DNA of 42,075 nucleotides from Fidelibacterota bacterium (GTDB lineage: Bacteria; Fidelibacterota; UBA2242): assembly GCA_049975265.1 (NCBI GenBank), contig JBNGDF010000020.1, positions 1-42,075 of the forward strand. The letters are read 5' to 3'. The position numbers were made by a program, and so were the translations under genes. Shown in pieces: positions 9,924 to 19,363 of this stretch; the first letter of the stretch is position 1; each line of letters begins with the position of its first letter. The notes under the pieces are model-generated. The model worked only from the letters and a program-made list of their open reading frames with translations. It ran no database searches and was not told the origin of the DNA.

Positions 9924-10426
9924 TCGAAAACCTCCGTCAATAGTGGTTCAAATTTTCTGCCGATGGTTTTTGTATTTTCGGTAACGTTTTTGGACAAGAC
10001 ATCGATCCAGTGAATATATAGTTCTTTCGTTTCCGGATTGACATCCACGGTCAATGTGCCCGGTGTCAGGGTAATCGAATTCGTTAATACGGTAATGGCA
10101 GAATCTTTGGTAAGTTTGGTCTTGATTTTCACAATTCCCGGGCGAATCGGCAGATTCGGATGAATGACGATATAGGCGACATGCAGATTGGCTTTTGCCA
10201 TTTCCCAGAGAAATTTAAACAGATATTTTATTGACGAGATGATCCGTTTGACAATATGTTCGCTTTTTTGTGATGTGATCAGAAATTTGCCTGCGACCAG
10301 ACTGACCAGCGCCGCCACGCAGATACCGGCGATAACCTCCTGAAGATCCGTGAAGCTGGTTAATGCACACCATACCAGCAAGGAAAAGATAAATACAAAT
10401 AAACGACTACGTTGCTCTATCCTCAT
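9920..10426 (-). CDS. Mrp/Mnh antiporter subunit E (MbhA-like)
   Basis: RPGIV, NSITLTPGTLTVD, LYIHWID. Confidence 0.92.
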   Translation of the reverse strand: MRIEQRSRLFVFIFSLLVWCALTSFTDLQEVIAGICVAALVSLVAGKFLITSQKSEHIVKRIISSIKYLFKFLWEMAKANLHVAYIVIHPNLPIRPGIVKIKTKLTKDSAITVLTNSITLTPGTLTVDVNPETKELYIHWIDVLSKNVTENTKTIGRKFEPLLTEVFE

Positions 10427-10427
10427 A

Positions 10428-11903
10428 CTACCTCCCTAGCACCGCCTGGATATACCCGGTTTTATTCATAATGACATCCACCACCGGATCCAACGTTATC
10501 TCCCGCACACCCGGCAGGATTAACAGACTGGTAACAACACACAGAACAGCGAGAATGATCATGGCGGACTTCATACCGGGACTGATCGTATCTCTGAATT
10601 CCGTAATTTCAGTTTCCCCGTGAAAACCGTAACGTTGTGCCTTAATAAAGTACGCCAGGGTCAACAGGCTGCCGATGACCGCAATGACGGCATACACAAT
10701 GTGGTTTGCCTGAACGGCGGCAAGGATGATGATTAATTTACTAAAAAATCCGTTGAACGGTGGCAGACCGGAAACAGCCAGGCTGGCGATCATGGATGTT
10801 CCGGTGGTAACCGGCATGGCGCCCCGCAGACTGCCCATTTTCCGCAGATCACGTGTGCCCAGGGCAAGTTCGACCGCACCGGCGTTGTAAAACAGCAACG
10901 ACTTGAATATTGCATGATTCAGAATATGAAATACCGCTCCGAGCAGCGCCAGCTTCGTCCCGATTCCAATTGCCAGCAGGATAAAACCGATCTGACTGAT
11001 GCTGCTGTACGCCAGCAGACGTTTGAAATCCCACTGCCCCAATGCAAGATAGGAAGCGACAATGATGGAGATACTGCCCAGCACCATGAAAATCGTTAAA
11101 AATACCGACGGTGTTCCGAATACATTGTAAAATATCCGGATAATGGTATAGATTCCCAGAGCTTTGATCAGAACACCCGAAAGCATCGACGATATTGGTG
11201 CCGGTGCCGATGAATGCGCATCTGGCAGCCAGGCATGAAAGGGCATGACCGCCGATTTCAATCCAAATCCAACCAGAAAAATCGCCGCCACCCAGTAAGT
11301 CACCGACGAATTTACGGTCTGTAACTGCTCAGCAATATGAGCCATTGTCAGGGTTGAGGTACTTGCGTATACAATCCCGATTCCCACCAGAATCAGCGTT
11401 GAGGATATGGAGCCCATCACCGCATATTTAAAAGCGGCTTCGTACTCCTCGGCTTTTGAGCCGAACGCCACCAGGGCATAGGCGGCAAAAAGCGCAATCT
11501 CCATAAAAACAAAGAGATTGAAAATATCACCGGTGGCGACGACGCCGTTCATGCCGGTAATCAGCAGCATAAACAGCGCATAATATTTCCAGGGACTCGA
11601 ATACTGCCGGATATACCGGATGGAAAACATCAGTGACGTCAATGCGATCAGATTGACAATCACCAGCATAAAACTGGAGAGAGCATCCTGCACCAGGCAG
11701 ATTGTCAACGGAATTTTCCAGCCGCTCATCTCATACACATACGTCTCGTTCCCGGTACTGAAAAAACAGAACAATGCCAATATTAGCAGCGATAAAACCG
11801 CCAAAATCGATAAAACGATCGCCCAGTTATCCTTTTCACCGGAAATCAACGTAATGAGAAAGGCAGCCAGCAACGGAATAATGATGATAAATGGGAGGAT
11901 CAT
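10428..11903 (-). CDS. Antiporter-like subunit MrpD/MbhH
   Basis: DIFNLFVFMEI, PFHAWLPDAH, LLAYSSISQIG, PPFNGFFSK. Confidence 0.92.
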   Translation of the reverse strand: MILPFIIIIPLLAAFLITLISGEKDNWAIVLSILAVLSLLILALFCFFSTGNETYVYEMSGWKIPLTICLVQDALSSFMLVIVNLIALTSLMFSIRYIRQYSSPWKYYALFMLLITGMNGVVATGDIFNLFVFMEIALFAAYALVAFGSKAEEYEAAFKYAVMGSISSTLILVGIGIVYASTSTLTMAHIAEQLQTVNSSVTYWVAAIFLVGFGLKSAVMPFHAWLPDAHSSAPAPISSMLSGVLIKALGIYTIIRIFYNVFGTPSVFLTIFMVLGSISIIVASYLALGQWDFKRLLAYSSISQIGFILLAIGIGTKLALLGAVFHILNHAIFKSLLFYNAGAVELALGTRDLRKMGSLRGAMPVTTGTSMIASLAVSGLPPFNGFFSKLIIILAAVQANHIVYAVIAVIGSLLTLAYFIKAQRYGFHGETEITEFRDTISPGMKSAMIILAVLCVVTSLLILPGVREITLDPVVDVIMNKTGYIQAVLGR

Positions 11904-12238
11904 CCTGACAACCTCCTGATTTTAGTAATATCGAATGTCTTGTATTTCTGAAACAATCTGATCGACAGCGCCACCAGCATTGCCGTAATCCCCAGCTCAA
12001 TAACAATGGATGTGAGGATCAACGCCTGAGGCAATGGATCAACCATATTGGGATTGCCCCCCTCTTTTATCAAGATAGCAAAACTGCCGCCGGCGCGGTA
12101 GGCAAACAGAATGATCATCAGGTTCGCCGCATATCCCATGATGCCAAGGGAAAGGATGATTTTAATCAGGTCCCGTTTGGTCAGCGCACCGTAAATGCCG
12201 ACCAGCAACAGGATAAAACAGAGTACATAAACCGTCAT
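11900..12238 (-). CDS. MrpC/MbhG-like subunit
   Basis: DPLPQALILTSIVI. Confidence 0.92.
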   Translation of the reverse strand: MTVYVLCFILLLVGIYGALTKRDLIKIILSLGIMGYAANLMIILFAYRAGGSFAILIKEGGNPNMVDPLPQALILTSIVIELGITAMLVALSIRLFQKYKTFDITKIRRLSG

Positions 12239-12687
12239 TCTTCCTTCCCTCCTTTATCTAAATGAAAAACCGACAGCGTCCAGACAACCACAAAAAGCCC
12301 CATACTGACCTTGATGCTGATGATAATGTTCAGCAGCGGAATTGTCCCGGCACTCAGCAGATGAAACAGTTTCCCATGACTGATAAAATTCGCCAGAAAG
12401 CCGCCGCCGATCGCCATCCCCAGAATCCCCATTGCCAGAAACAGCGCCGCACTGGACGATTCCAAATCGTGTAAAAAACCGATATTCACCCAGCGATCAA
12501 TGAACTTACGACCATAGGCAAGCATGACATTTAATAATGCCAGTGCAATAATGACGCCCCCGGCGAAGCCACCCCCCGGGCTCAGATGCCCATGCAGGAT
12601 AATGTAAATCCCGTAAAGCAGTATCAGCCAGACGCTGATGCGGGTAACTGTCTTAACAATCAACGTCATCCCTTCATGCTGTTTCAT
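12235..12687 (-). CDS. MrpB/MbhF-like subunit
   Basis: HGHLSPGGGFAGG. Confidence 0.9.
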   Translation of the reverse strand: MKQHEGMTLIVKTVTRISVWLILLYGIYIILHGHLSPGGGFAGGVIIALALLNVMLAYGRKFIDRWVNIGFLHDLESSSAALFLAMGILGMAIGGGFLANFISHGKLFHLLSAGTIPLLNIIISIKVSMGLFVVVWTLSVFHLDKGGKEE

Positions 12688-13231
12688 TGTCACCTCCCGT
12701 TGCACCGTCGGATTTTTTCGTTCTCAAAATCGCCAGTGCGCCCAGAATCGCCGTAAACAGCACCGTCACTTCCCCCAGAGTATCGTAAGCCCGGTAATCC
12801 AGAATAATCGCCGTGACGATATTGGCGGAACCGGTTTCCTGTCCGGCGTTTTCAACATAATGTTTTGCCGTCGAGAAAATCGGCTCGCCAAAAGCCGGTA
12901 TTGCCCGGAATACATGGATGCTCAGTACCAGAATCAGCGATAGCGCAAAAACGGTAACCACCACCTGGACGATATGCCCCCGGGACGGTTCCTGAATATG
13001 GTATTCCTTCCCGTTGAACGCCCGGATCAGAATAATCAACGCAAATATCTCAAACAGAAATTGGACAATCGCCAAATCCAACGCCTGTAACAGCAGAAAG
13101 GCGATGGAAACGCCAAGTCCGACGATTCCAATGGAAATAACCGCCGACAGCAGGTCTTTCAGTTCGAGGGCGATGATCGATCCGATAATCATAAATCCCA
13201 AAATAAATATTAACCATGTTTCAACAGGCAT
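12674..13231 (-). CDS. MbhD/MbhE-like (DUF4040) fused membrane subunit
   Basis: DLAIVQ and NIVTAIILDYRAYDTLGE motifs. Confidence 0.85.
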   Translation of the reverse strand: MPVETWLIFILGFMIIGSIIALELKDLLSAVISIGIVGLGVSIAFLLLQALDLAIVQFLFEIFALIILIRAFNGKEYHIQEPSRGHIVQVVVTVFALSLILVLSIHVFRAIPAFGEPIFSTAKHYVENAGQETGSANIVTAIILDYRAYDTLGEVTVLFTAILGALAILRTKKSDGATGGDNETA

Positions 13232-13267
13232 TTAATCCTCCGGATATGCTAATTCATTATGTTTCAT

Positions 13268-15088
13268 CTATAATACAACCCATATCAGGATCAGCATCCC
13301 CAGCACAATCCAAAGATTGTACAGCTGCAGTTGACCGTTATGCAGGGCTTTGAACCAGCGGGTAATCGCAAAAGAGCATTTGCCGCTGACATCGTACAGA
13401 TCGAAATATTTTTTCTCTGCACCATCGTAAATCGCCGCCAGTGGTTTCATCCGGCGGATCTCATTGTAGAATTCCGTACCGAGAACCCTGAAATGCTCCA
13501 GGGCATCCATACCGCCCAGATAGATATCATCAAACCGCACTTTGCGCACACCCCAGTAGATAATCAATCCCAGGACAAGCGTAACACCAAACAGTAGAAC
13601 TACCAAAACGGGATTGTAATACCCCAAAAGGGCGGGCGCCCGTAATCCGAGTTCGTGGATCACCGGTAGAATCAAATGTTTAATAGGAATATGAATTGCC
13701 CACAAACCGAAGATGACACACAGTGCCGCCAAAATTCCGGTGGCAAGCCACTGATTCAACGGTGCCCGGGAAATATTATCCCACTTTTCCGGTCTCCGCC
13801 CGAGGAATATGGCATGAATAAATTTCATAAAACTTGCCAGCGTCAGTGCACTGCCGAAAACCGCCAGAATCAGACAGACCAGCAACCAGATCTGAAATCC
13901 GGAATTGCCGGTACTCTTAACCAAATCGAGCATTCCCTGATAAATCATCCATTTGGAAAAAAATCCATTAAATGGAGGTATTCCTGAAATTGCCAAAGCT
14001 CCGACGAGGGCTGTCAGAAATGTCACCGGCATAACGCCACCCAAGCCTCCCAATTCATCCAGGTTATTGGTTCCGGTCTTTTTCTCCACCGACCCCAGCG
14101 ACAGGAACAGATTTGACTTATAGATTGTATTATTAATCATATGAAACAGACCACCGATAATCGCCAATACACTGCCGCTTCCGATACCCATAATCATATA
14201 ACCGACCTGACTGACGGCGTGATAGCCTAGCAGTTTGCGACCGTTATGCTGGATCATCGCCATCATGACCGCGGTAATAACAGTCAGTGCACCAAGTGTA
14301 ATAATCAGCAGATAAACCAGCTGCGGTAATTGAAAGATGGATAGCATAATTCTGGTAAAAAGATAGATCCCCAGCAATTTGTCGAGTGTGGCTGGCAAAA
14401 AAGCAGCACTTTCGACAGGTGCATTTTTGCTGTAATCCGGCACCCAGCTATGCAGCGGAAAAACACCGGCTTTGGCAAAGGCAGCAATCATTAGCCCGAT
14501 AAAAGCGATATATGCTACCGAGCCCTTTAATGGTATAACCGTATTAAATAGCTGCCAGCTCCCGGTCGGATTCATGAACCAGACTAGAATCAAACCCAAA
14601 ATCAGAAATACGTCGCTACCCCCAACAATAATCATGGTCTTTTTTGCTGAATTGGGGGTATCGGATGTATTCCCAAGAAGAGCAAACAGATAAAGTGTAA
14701 TCCCGGTCAATCCCCAAAAAATTAAAAGGCTGATTGAATTTGTACTAAGAACGACTCCATTACAGAACCCAACTGTCAGCGGGTAAAGCACAAAGAACGC
14801 CTTTTCGGCACTTTTATCCACTCCCTTTAGCGAAAAAATCAGAATAATAAAACTCAATATCTGAATGAACAAACTGATAAACGCACTCAGCGCATCAACT
14901 TGCAGGATTGTTTGTCTGAAAAGTACCACTGCACCAAATCCGACTTGCAGCATCTGAAAATTCAGCACAAGCAGGTAAATCAAAGCCAGAATATTTAGTA
15001 TTTTCCGTAATACAACCGGGAGAAACATGTTCACAATTGCGACGATTATCGGAACTGAAACGAGTAAAGTTAGGTCATTAATCTGCAT
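13268..15088 (-). CDS. Large antiporter-like subunit (NuoL/MrpA/HyfB-like)
   Basis: AKAGVFPLHSWVPD, LLGYHAVSQVG, PPFNGFFSKW, C-terminal HNGQLQLY. Confidence 0.88.
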   Translation of the reverse strand: MQINDLTLLVSVPIIVAIVNMFLPVVLRKILNILALIYLLVLNFQMLQVGFGAVVLFRQTILQVDALSAFISLFIQILSFIILIFSLKGVDKSAEKAFFVLYPLTVGFCNGVVLSTNSISLLIFWGLTGITLYLFALLGNTSDTPNSAKKTMIIVGGSDVFLILGLILVWFMNPTGSWQLFNTVIPLKGSVAYIAFIGLMIAAFAKAGVFPLHSWVPDYSKNAPVESAAFLPATLDKLLGIYLFTRIMLSIFQLPQLVYLLIITLGALTVITAVMMAMIQHNGRKLLGYHAVSQVGYMIMGIGSGSVLAIIGGLFHMINNTIYKSNLFLSLGSVEKKTGTNNLDELGGLGGVMPVTFLTALVGALAISGIPPFNGFFSKWMIYQGMLDLVKSTGNSGFQIWLLVCLILAVFGSALTLASFMKFIHAIFLGRRPEKWDNISRAPLNQWLATGILAALCVIFGLWAIHIPIKHLILPVIHELGLRAPALLGYYNPVLVVLLFGVTLVLGLIIYWGVRKVRFDDIYLGGMDALEHFRVLGTEFYNEIRRMKPLAAIYDGAEKKYFDLYDVSGKCSFAITRWFKALHNGQLQLYNLWIVLGMLILIWVVL

Positions 15089-16265
15089 CTATTTCCCTCC
15101 GGATTCGTTCGGTTTTTTCCTGTGACAATTTGAGTAGATCGATCTCCTCTGGATCACGGTCTTTATTGATAATTTTCAGCGAGCGTTCGGTGCAGCAATA
15201 GCAGGGATCGACCGAAGCCAGGGTAATCAAGGCATCCGCGACGGGAATCCCTTTGCAGGATGCCTTGAAGCTGGGAATATTGACGTAACTGGGAGCCCTG
15301 ACTTTGTGCCGTATCGGACGGTTCGTGCCATCGGACCGAATATAATGAAAGACCTCTCCACGCGGCGCTTCGTAGCGTCCAATTCCCTCCCCCGGAGAGA
15401 TCTCCTTCACATTATTCAGCACCGGACCGGTCACCGTTTTTAATTTCTCGAGACATTGACGACATATTTTTACCGATTCAATAATTTCCAGAACTCTGAC
15501 AACCAATTTGTCGTAAACATCGCCATTGGGCAGTACAATCCGCTCGAAATCAAGCAGATCGTAGGCATCGGTTGGCTCGTCTTTGCGGACATCGCCGGGC
15601 ACACCCGAAGCTCGGGAAGTCGGTCCCGTAGTGCAATAGGCAATCGCATCTTCTTTGGTCAACACGCCAACGCCCTTCAATCGGGATTTCAGCACCGGAT
15701 CATCTTTGGCTGCTCTGGCAATCATTCCCATTTTCTTTTCGATCATATCCAGATGTTTATACAATTCAACAAGCTTTTCCGGATCCACATCTCTGGCAAC
15801 ACCGCCAACCCGCATCATGCCGTAGTGGTTACGGTTCCCGGAAATAATCTCAAACATCTGCAGAACCGGCTCACGGTATTTCCACGCCCACATCCAGAGG
15901 GTGTCGTACCCGATAAAATGTCCCGCCAGCCCCAGCCACAACAGATGGCTGTGAATGCGCTCCAGCTCTCCGACCAACGATCGGATATAGCGGGCACGGA
16001 TGGGAATTTCGATATTGTCAATATCTTCAATGGCATGGACACAGGCAATTGGATGGGACGTCGAGCAGATTCCGCAGATTCGTTCCACCAGGTAAATGGA
16101 TTGCGTGAAGGTTTTCATTTCGGAAATGTATTCATGACCACGGTGCATCCAGCCGATTTCCATGTCAATATCGACCACCGTTTCACCATCGACCGTCAAT
16201 TCAAAGTACTCAGCCTCTTCCAGCAGCGGATGGAACGGACCAACGGGAATCTTGTTTGCTTTCAT
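15078..16265 (-). CDS. Group 4 [NiFe]-hydrogenase large subunit
   Basis: L1 ERICGICSTSH, EAPRGE, L2 DPCYCCTER followed by a 34-aa extension that is probably cleaved. Confidence 0.93.
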   Translation of the reverse strand: MKANKIPVGPFHPLLEEAEYFELTVDGETVVDIDMEIGWMHRGHEYISEMKTFTQSIYLVERICGICSTSHPIACVHAIEDIDNIEIPIRARYIRSLVGELERIHSHLLWLGLAGHFIGYDTLWMWAWKYREPVLQMFEIISGNRNHYGMMRVGGVARDVDPEKLVELYKHLDMIEKKMGMIARAAKDDPVLKSRLKGVGVLTKEDAIAYCTTGPTSRASGVPGDVRKDEPTDAYDLLDFERIVLPNGDVYDKLVVRVLEIIESVKICRQCLEKLKTVTGPVLNNVKEISPGEGIGRYEAPRGEVFHYIRSDGTNRPIRHKVRAPSYVNIPSFKASCKGIPVADALITLASVDPCYCCTERSLKIINKDRDPEEIDLLKLSQEKTERIRREIDAD

Positions 16266-16693
16266 GCACCCTCCTTAAATCTCAGCGGCTGTTTGACATT
16301 CCCCGGATTATGAAGTGTCAACAATTCCTCCATGCGTGGATGCCCGATAAATTCAATACCCCACAAATCAAACATCTCCCGCTCAATCCAGATCGCCCCG
16401 GTGATGATCGGGGTAATGGAATTTACCTTGGGATTTTTCTTATCCGTAATAACCACACGCGGGCAGAAATATTGTCCCGTCTTGTCGTGCGAAAAGTGGT
16501 ATAGTATTTCGATCCCGTGATACATCTCCATCGCGGTTGCCGTGGACAGCCGACAGCCCATTTTATTAAAGAGATAATCGGCGATTTCTCGCAGATTGTC
16601 ATTGCTGACATTGAAATAAAAACGCCGCTTTTTCTCTATCTTGGCGTGAATTTTATCGCCCATATCCATGATAAACTGTTCAACTTCAGCCAT
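16262..16693 (-). CDS. NuoC/MbhK-like (30 kDa) subunit
   Basis: WIEREMFDLWGIEFIGHP. Confidence 0.9.
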   Translation of the reverse strand: MAEVEQFIMDMGDKIHAKIEKKRRFYFNVSNDNLREIADYLFNKMGCRLSTATAMEMYHGIEILYHFSHDKTGQYFCPRVVITDKKNPKVNSITPIITGAIWIEREMFDLWGIEFIGHPRMEELLTLHNPGNVKQPLRFKEGA

Positions 16694-17105
16694 TTAGTAC
16701 TCCTACCAGTTTTGCCACCGCTTCGATCATTGCTTCGGGTTTCGGCGGACACCCCGGCACATACATATCAATGGGAATCACCGCTTCCCGATTCTCCGTA
16801 ATGTTGTAGCTGTCTTTAAAACAACACCCCGAGCTCACGCAGGTGCCTATTGCCACCACAAAAATCGGCTTCGGCGCCTGCTCGTAAATTTTCTTGATCC
16901 GCGGCGCAATTTTCTGATTGAAAATGCCGGTTACCAGCATCACATCGGCGTGCCGAATCGAACCCACCAGTTTGATGCCAAGCCGCTCCAGATCATAACG
17001 CGGCGTCAGCAGATCAAGAATCTCAATATCGCAATTGTTACAGGGCGACCCACTGGCGTGAAAAACCCAGAGCGATTTTGCCAAGCGCTTGTTATACCAT
17101 CCCAT
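16686..17105 (-). CDS. Group 4 hydrogenase small subunit (NuoB/MbhJ-like)
   Basis: CNNCDIE, RHADVMLVTG, AIGTC, VPGCPPKPE. Confidence 0.93.
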   Translation of the reverse strand: MGWYNKRLAKSLWVFHASGSPCNNCDIEILDLLTPRYDLERLGIKLVGSIRHADVMLVTGIFNQKIAPRIKKIYEQAPKPIFVVAIGTCVSSGCCFKDSYNITENREAVIPIDMYVPGCPPKPEAMIEAVAKLVGVLNG

Positions 17106-17106
17106 A

Positions 17107-18036
17107 CTATACTCCCAATACGGCTAAAATGACCCCGACAAATGCCAACGGCGAGGCGTATTTCCAGAAAAAGTTCAGCGCGGTATCGATGCGCACCCGC
17201 GGATTCGTGTTTTTAATAATTATCATTACCAGCACAATTGCCAGATATTTGAGTACCGCCCAGAGGATACCGAGCCCGCTGAGATTGAAACCACCCAGGA
17301 AAAGCAAAACCAGTAAAAATGGGAAAATCACATACATCATATAATGGTCCAGTTTCCAGAAAGCCAGCAACGGGCCGGAATATTCCATAAAGGGACCCTC
17401 CACAATTTCCGTTTCGGCTTCGGGAATATGAAAGGGCGGCAACGTCATTTTTGCCTGGATACAGAGAATCCCAACAATAAATGCAATAATTCCCGACGGC
17501 GAACCAATCAACGCACCCGCCTCCTGCTGATAACTCAGGATATGCTCGAAACGGATTGAATACCCTGATTTTACAATGGGTACCAGAAAGACCAGAATAA
17601 AGGCGAGTTCATCCGCCAGCAGCAGCTTCATCTCTCGTCCAGCGCCGGTGCTGGAATAGACATTTCCCGTCGCTGAACCGCCCAGGATAACCATGACCGA
17701 AAAGGTCATCGTCAGATACATTACAACGAACATGTCACCGGCAAATCCCTGCTGGTAAAACAGCGCCACCCCGATGATTGTGGCGATCAGTGTCAGCACG
17801 GCAAACGCTGCCAGGGGTGCAATGACAAAGACCGACTTCACCGCATTTTTCACAATGATGGTCTCTTTACCAAGCAATTTGAAAAAATCGTTGAAATTCT
17901 GCAGCAGTGGCGGTCCGACCCGAAACTGAAACCAGGCGCTGATTTTACGGTCCAGCCAACCCACCAGCAATCCCGCCACGGCGGTAAAAAGCATCCCCGG
18001 AAATACAAGAAGGTGAAACAGAATCATGCCAATCAT
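17107..18036 (-). CDS. NuoH/MbhM-like membrane subunit
   Basis: RVGPPLLQ, KLLGKE, PFHIPEAETEIVEG..EYSG, PRVRID. Confidence 0.92.
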   Translation of the reverse strand: MIGMILFHLLVFPGMLFTAVAGLLVGWLDRKISAWFQFRVGPPLLQNFNDFFKLLGKETIIVKNAVKSVFVIAPLAAFAVLTLIATIIGVALFYQQGFAGDMFVVMYLTMTFSVMVILGGSATGNVYSSTGAGREMKLLLADELAFILVFLVPIVKSGYSIRFEHILSYQQEAGALIGSPSGIIAFIVGILCIQAKMTLPPFHIPEAETEIVEGPFMEYSGPLLAFWKLDHYMMYVIFPFLLVLLFLGGFNLSGLGILWAVLKYLAIVLVMIIIKNTNPRVRIDTALNFFWKYASPLAFVGVILAVLGV

Positions 18037-18536
18037 ACCTTGTCCTCCTTTTTCCGCCAGTGGTGACTCTTTATCGCCAGGTGATCGCCGAAAAGATAGA
18101 TATCATTTTCCGGATCGTCGGCGTTAATCGATTGCATGGTGATCGTTCCTGCCGGAGCCGTGCGGGCACAAGCCGGTATATAATCGGGATTCGCTTCCAG
18201 CTGCTTCAGGCAGAAATCGCATTTTGCCGTAATATAATTCATCACTTCGGGGAAAATCGTTCCAAACGGACACGCCAGAATACAGCTCTTACAACCGACA
18301 CAGCGCATGTTGTACCGCTTGATCAGACCGTCCTCCTGGCGTTCAAGCGCCTCTTTGGGGCAGGCGGTCACACAGAAAGCATCGCTGCATTGCCGGCAAT
18401 ACACCGCAAATTCGGCAACTTCCAGCAGACTAAACTGACCGTTGTTTTTCCTGTGATAAAAATATTCACACTGGATTCTGCTCAAATCCTGAGCAGAATC
18501 AATCAGCGCCGGTATATCAATTAAAAGACGTTTCAT
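18033..18536 (-). CDS. DmsB/CooF-type polyferredoxin
   Basis: CRQCSDAFCVTACP, CVGCKSCILACP, KCDFC...PAC. Confidence 0.85.
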   Translation of the reverse strand: MKRLLIDIPALIDSAQDLSRIQCEYFYHRKNNGQFSLLEVAEFAVYCRQCSDAFCVTACPKEALERQEDGLIKRYNMRCVGCKSCILACPFGTIFPEVMNYITAKCDFCLKQLEANPDYIPACARTAPAGTITMQSINADDPENDIYLFGDHLAIKSHHWRKKEDKV

Positions 18537-19360
18537 TCCCAGATACTCTCCTCGTTTTTGATGGTATCATACGTAAACACAGGACCATCTTTGCAGGCAT
18601 AGTACTGCCCGATCACGCAATGCCGGCAATGTCCGATACCACAATACATTTTCTTTTCCATCGAAAGATATATATTCGAATCTGCGTAGCCGTATTTCAG
18701 CAGGTCAAAGGTGGCAAACTTCATCATAATCGGCGGACCGCAGACTACGACAGGGTTACCCTGGGGATCTATGTCAATTTTATCGAGTAGTTTGGTGATA
18801 AGGCAAACTTCCTCGTCCCATTTTTGGCCGTCCGGAACACGGTCAACCGAGCGCAGGAAGTTTACCTTATCGACTTTCCTCCATCCATCAATATGCTGTT
18901 TATAAATCATGTCATTTGGTGTACGGGCACCCGCCAGAAAGGTGATGCTGTTATAATCCTCAATCCGGTCCAGCAGCGAGAGAAACAAGGAACGTGTCGG
19001 CGCCATCCCGACACCGCCACCCATGATTAATATATCTCTGCCTTTCCATTGGTCAATCGGGTAATGGGTACCGTAAGGTCCGCGAACGCCAACCCGGTCA
19101 CCGACTTTGGTCTTATGCACATATTCGGTCACAAACCCGGTCTTCATGATTGTTACATCCATTTCATCGGCAATCTTGTGAGAAGACGATGGCGTAAACG
19201 GTCCCTCTCCAATATTGGGAATCGTCAACTCGATAAATTGACCCGTTTTGAAGGGAATCGGCTTTTCCGGTCTGATCCGGATCGTCCGAATCGTCGGGGA
19301 TTCTTCGATAATTTCATAAATATCAGCGGATGTCACTTCATAGGGATTCGTCGCCACCAT
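18533..19360 (-). CDS. FAD/NAD(P)-binding 2Fe-2S subunit (HydG/AsrB/PyrK-like)
   Basis: GQF, RGPYG, GGGVGMAP, CGPPIMM, MYCGIGHCRHC..CKDGPVF. Confidence 0.9.
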   Translation of the reverse strand: MVATNPYEVTSADIYEIIEESPTIRTIRIRPEKPIPFKTGQFIELTIPNIGEGPFTPSSSHKIADEMDVTIMKTGFVTEYVHKTKVGDRVGVRGPYGTHYPIDQWKGRDILIMGGGVGMAPTRSLFLSLLDRIEDYNSITFLAGARTPNDMIYKQHIDGWRKVDKVNFLRSVDRVPDGQKWDEEVCLITKLLDKIDIDPQGNPVVVCGPPIMMKFATFDLLKYGYADSNIYLSMEKKMYCGIGHCRHCVIGQYYACKDGPVFTYDTIKNEESIWE

Positions 19361-19363
19361 CGA

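Noticed and set aside
15078..16265. Non-hydrogenase Mbx/Mbs, or a selenocysteine enzyme
   Set aside because: All four Ni-ligating Cys are present as Cys codons, and the maturation protease and hyp genes are nearby.
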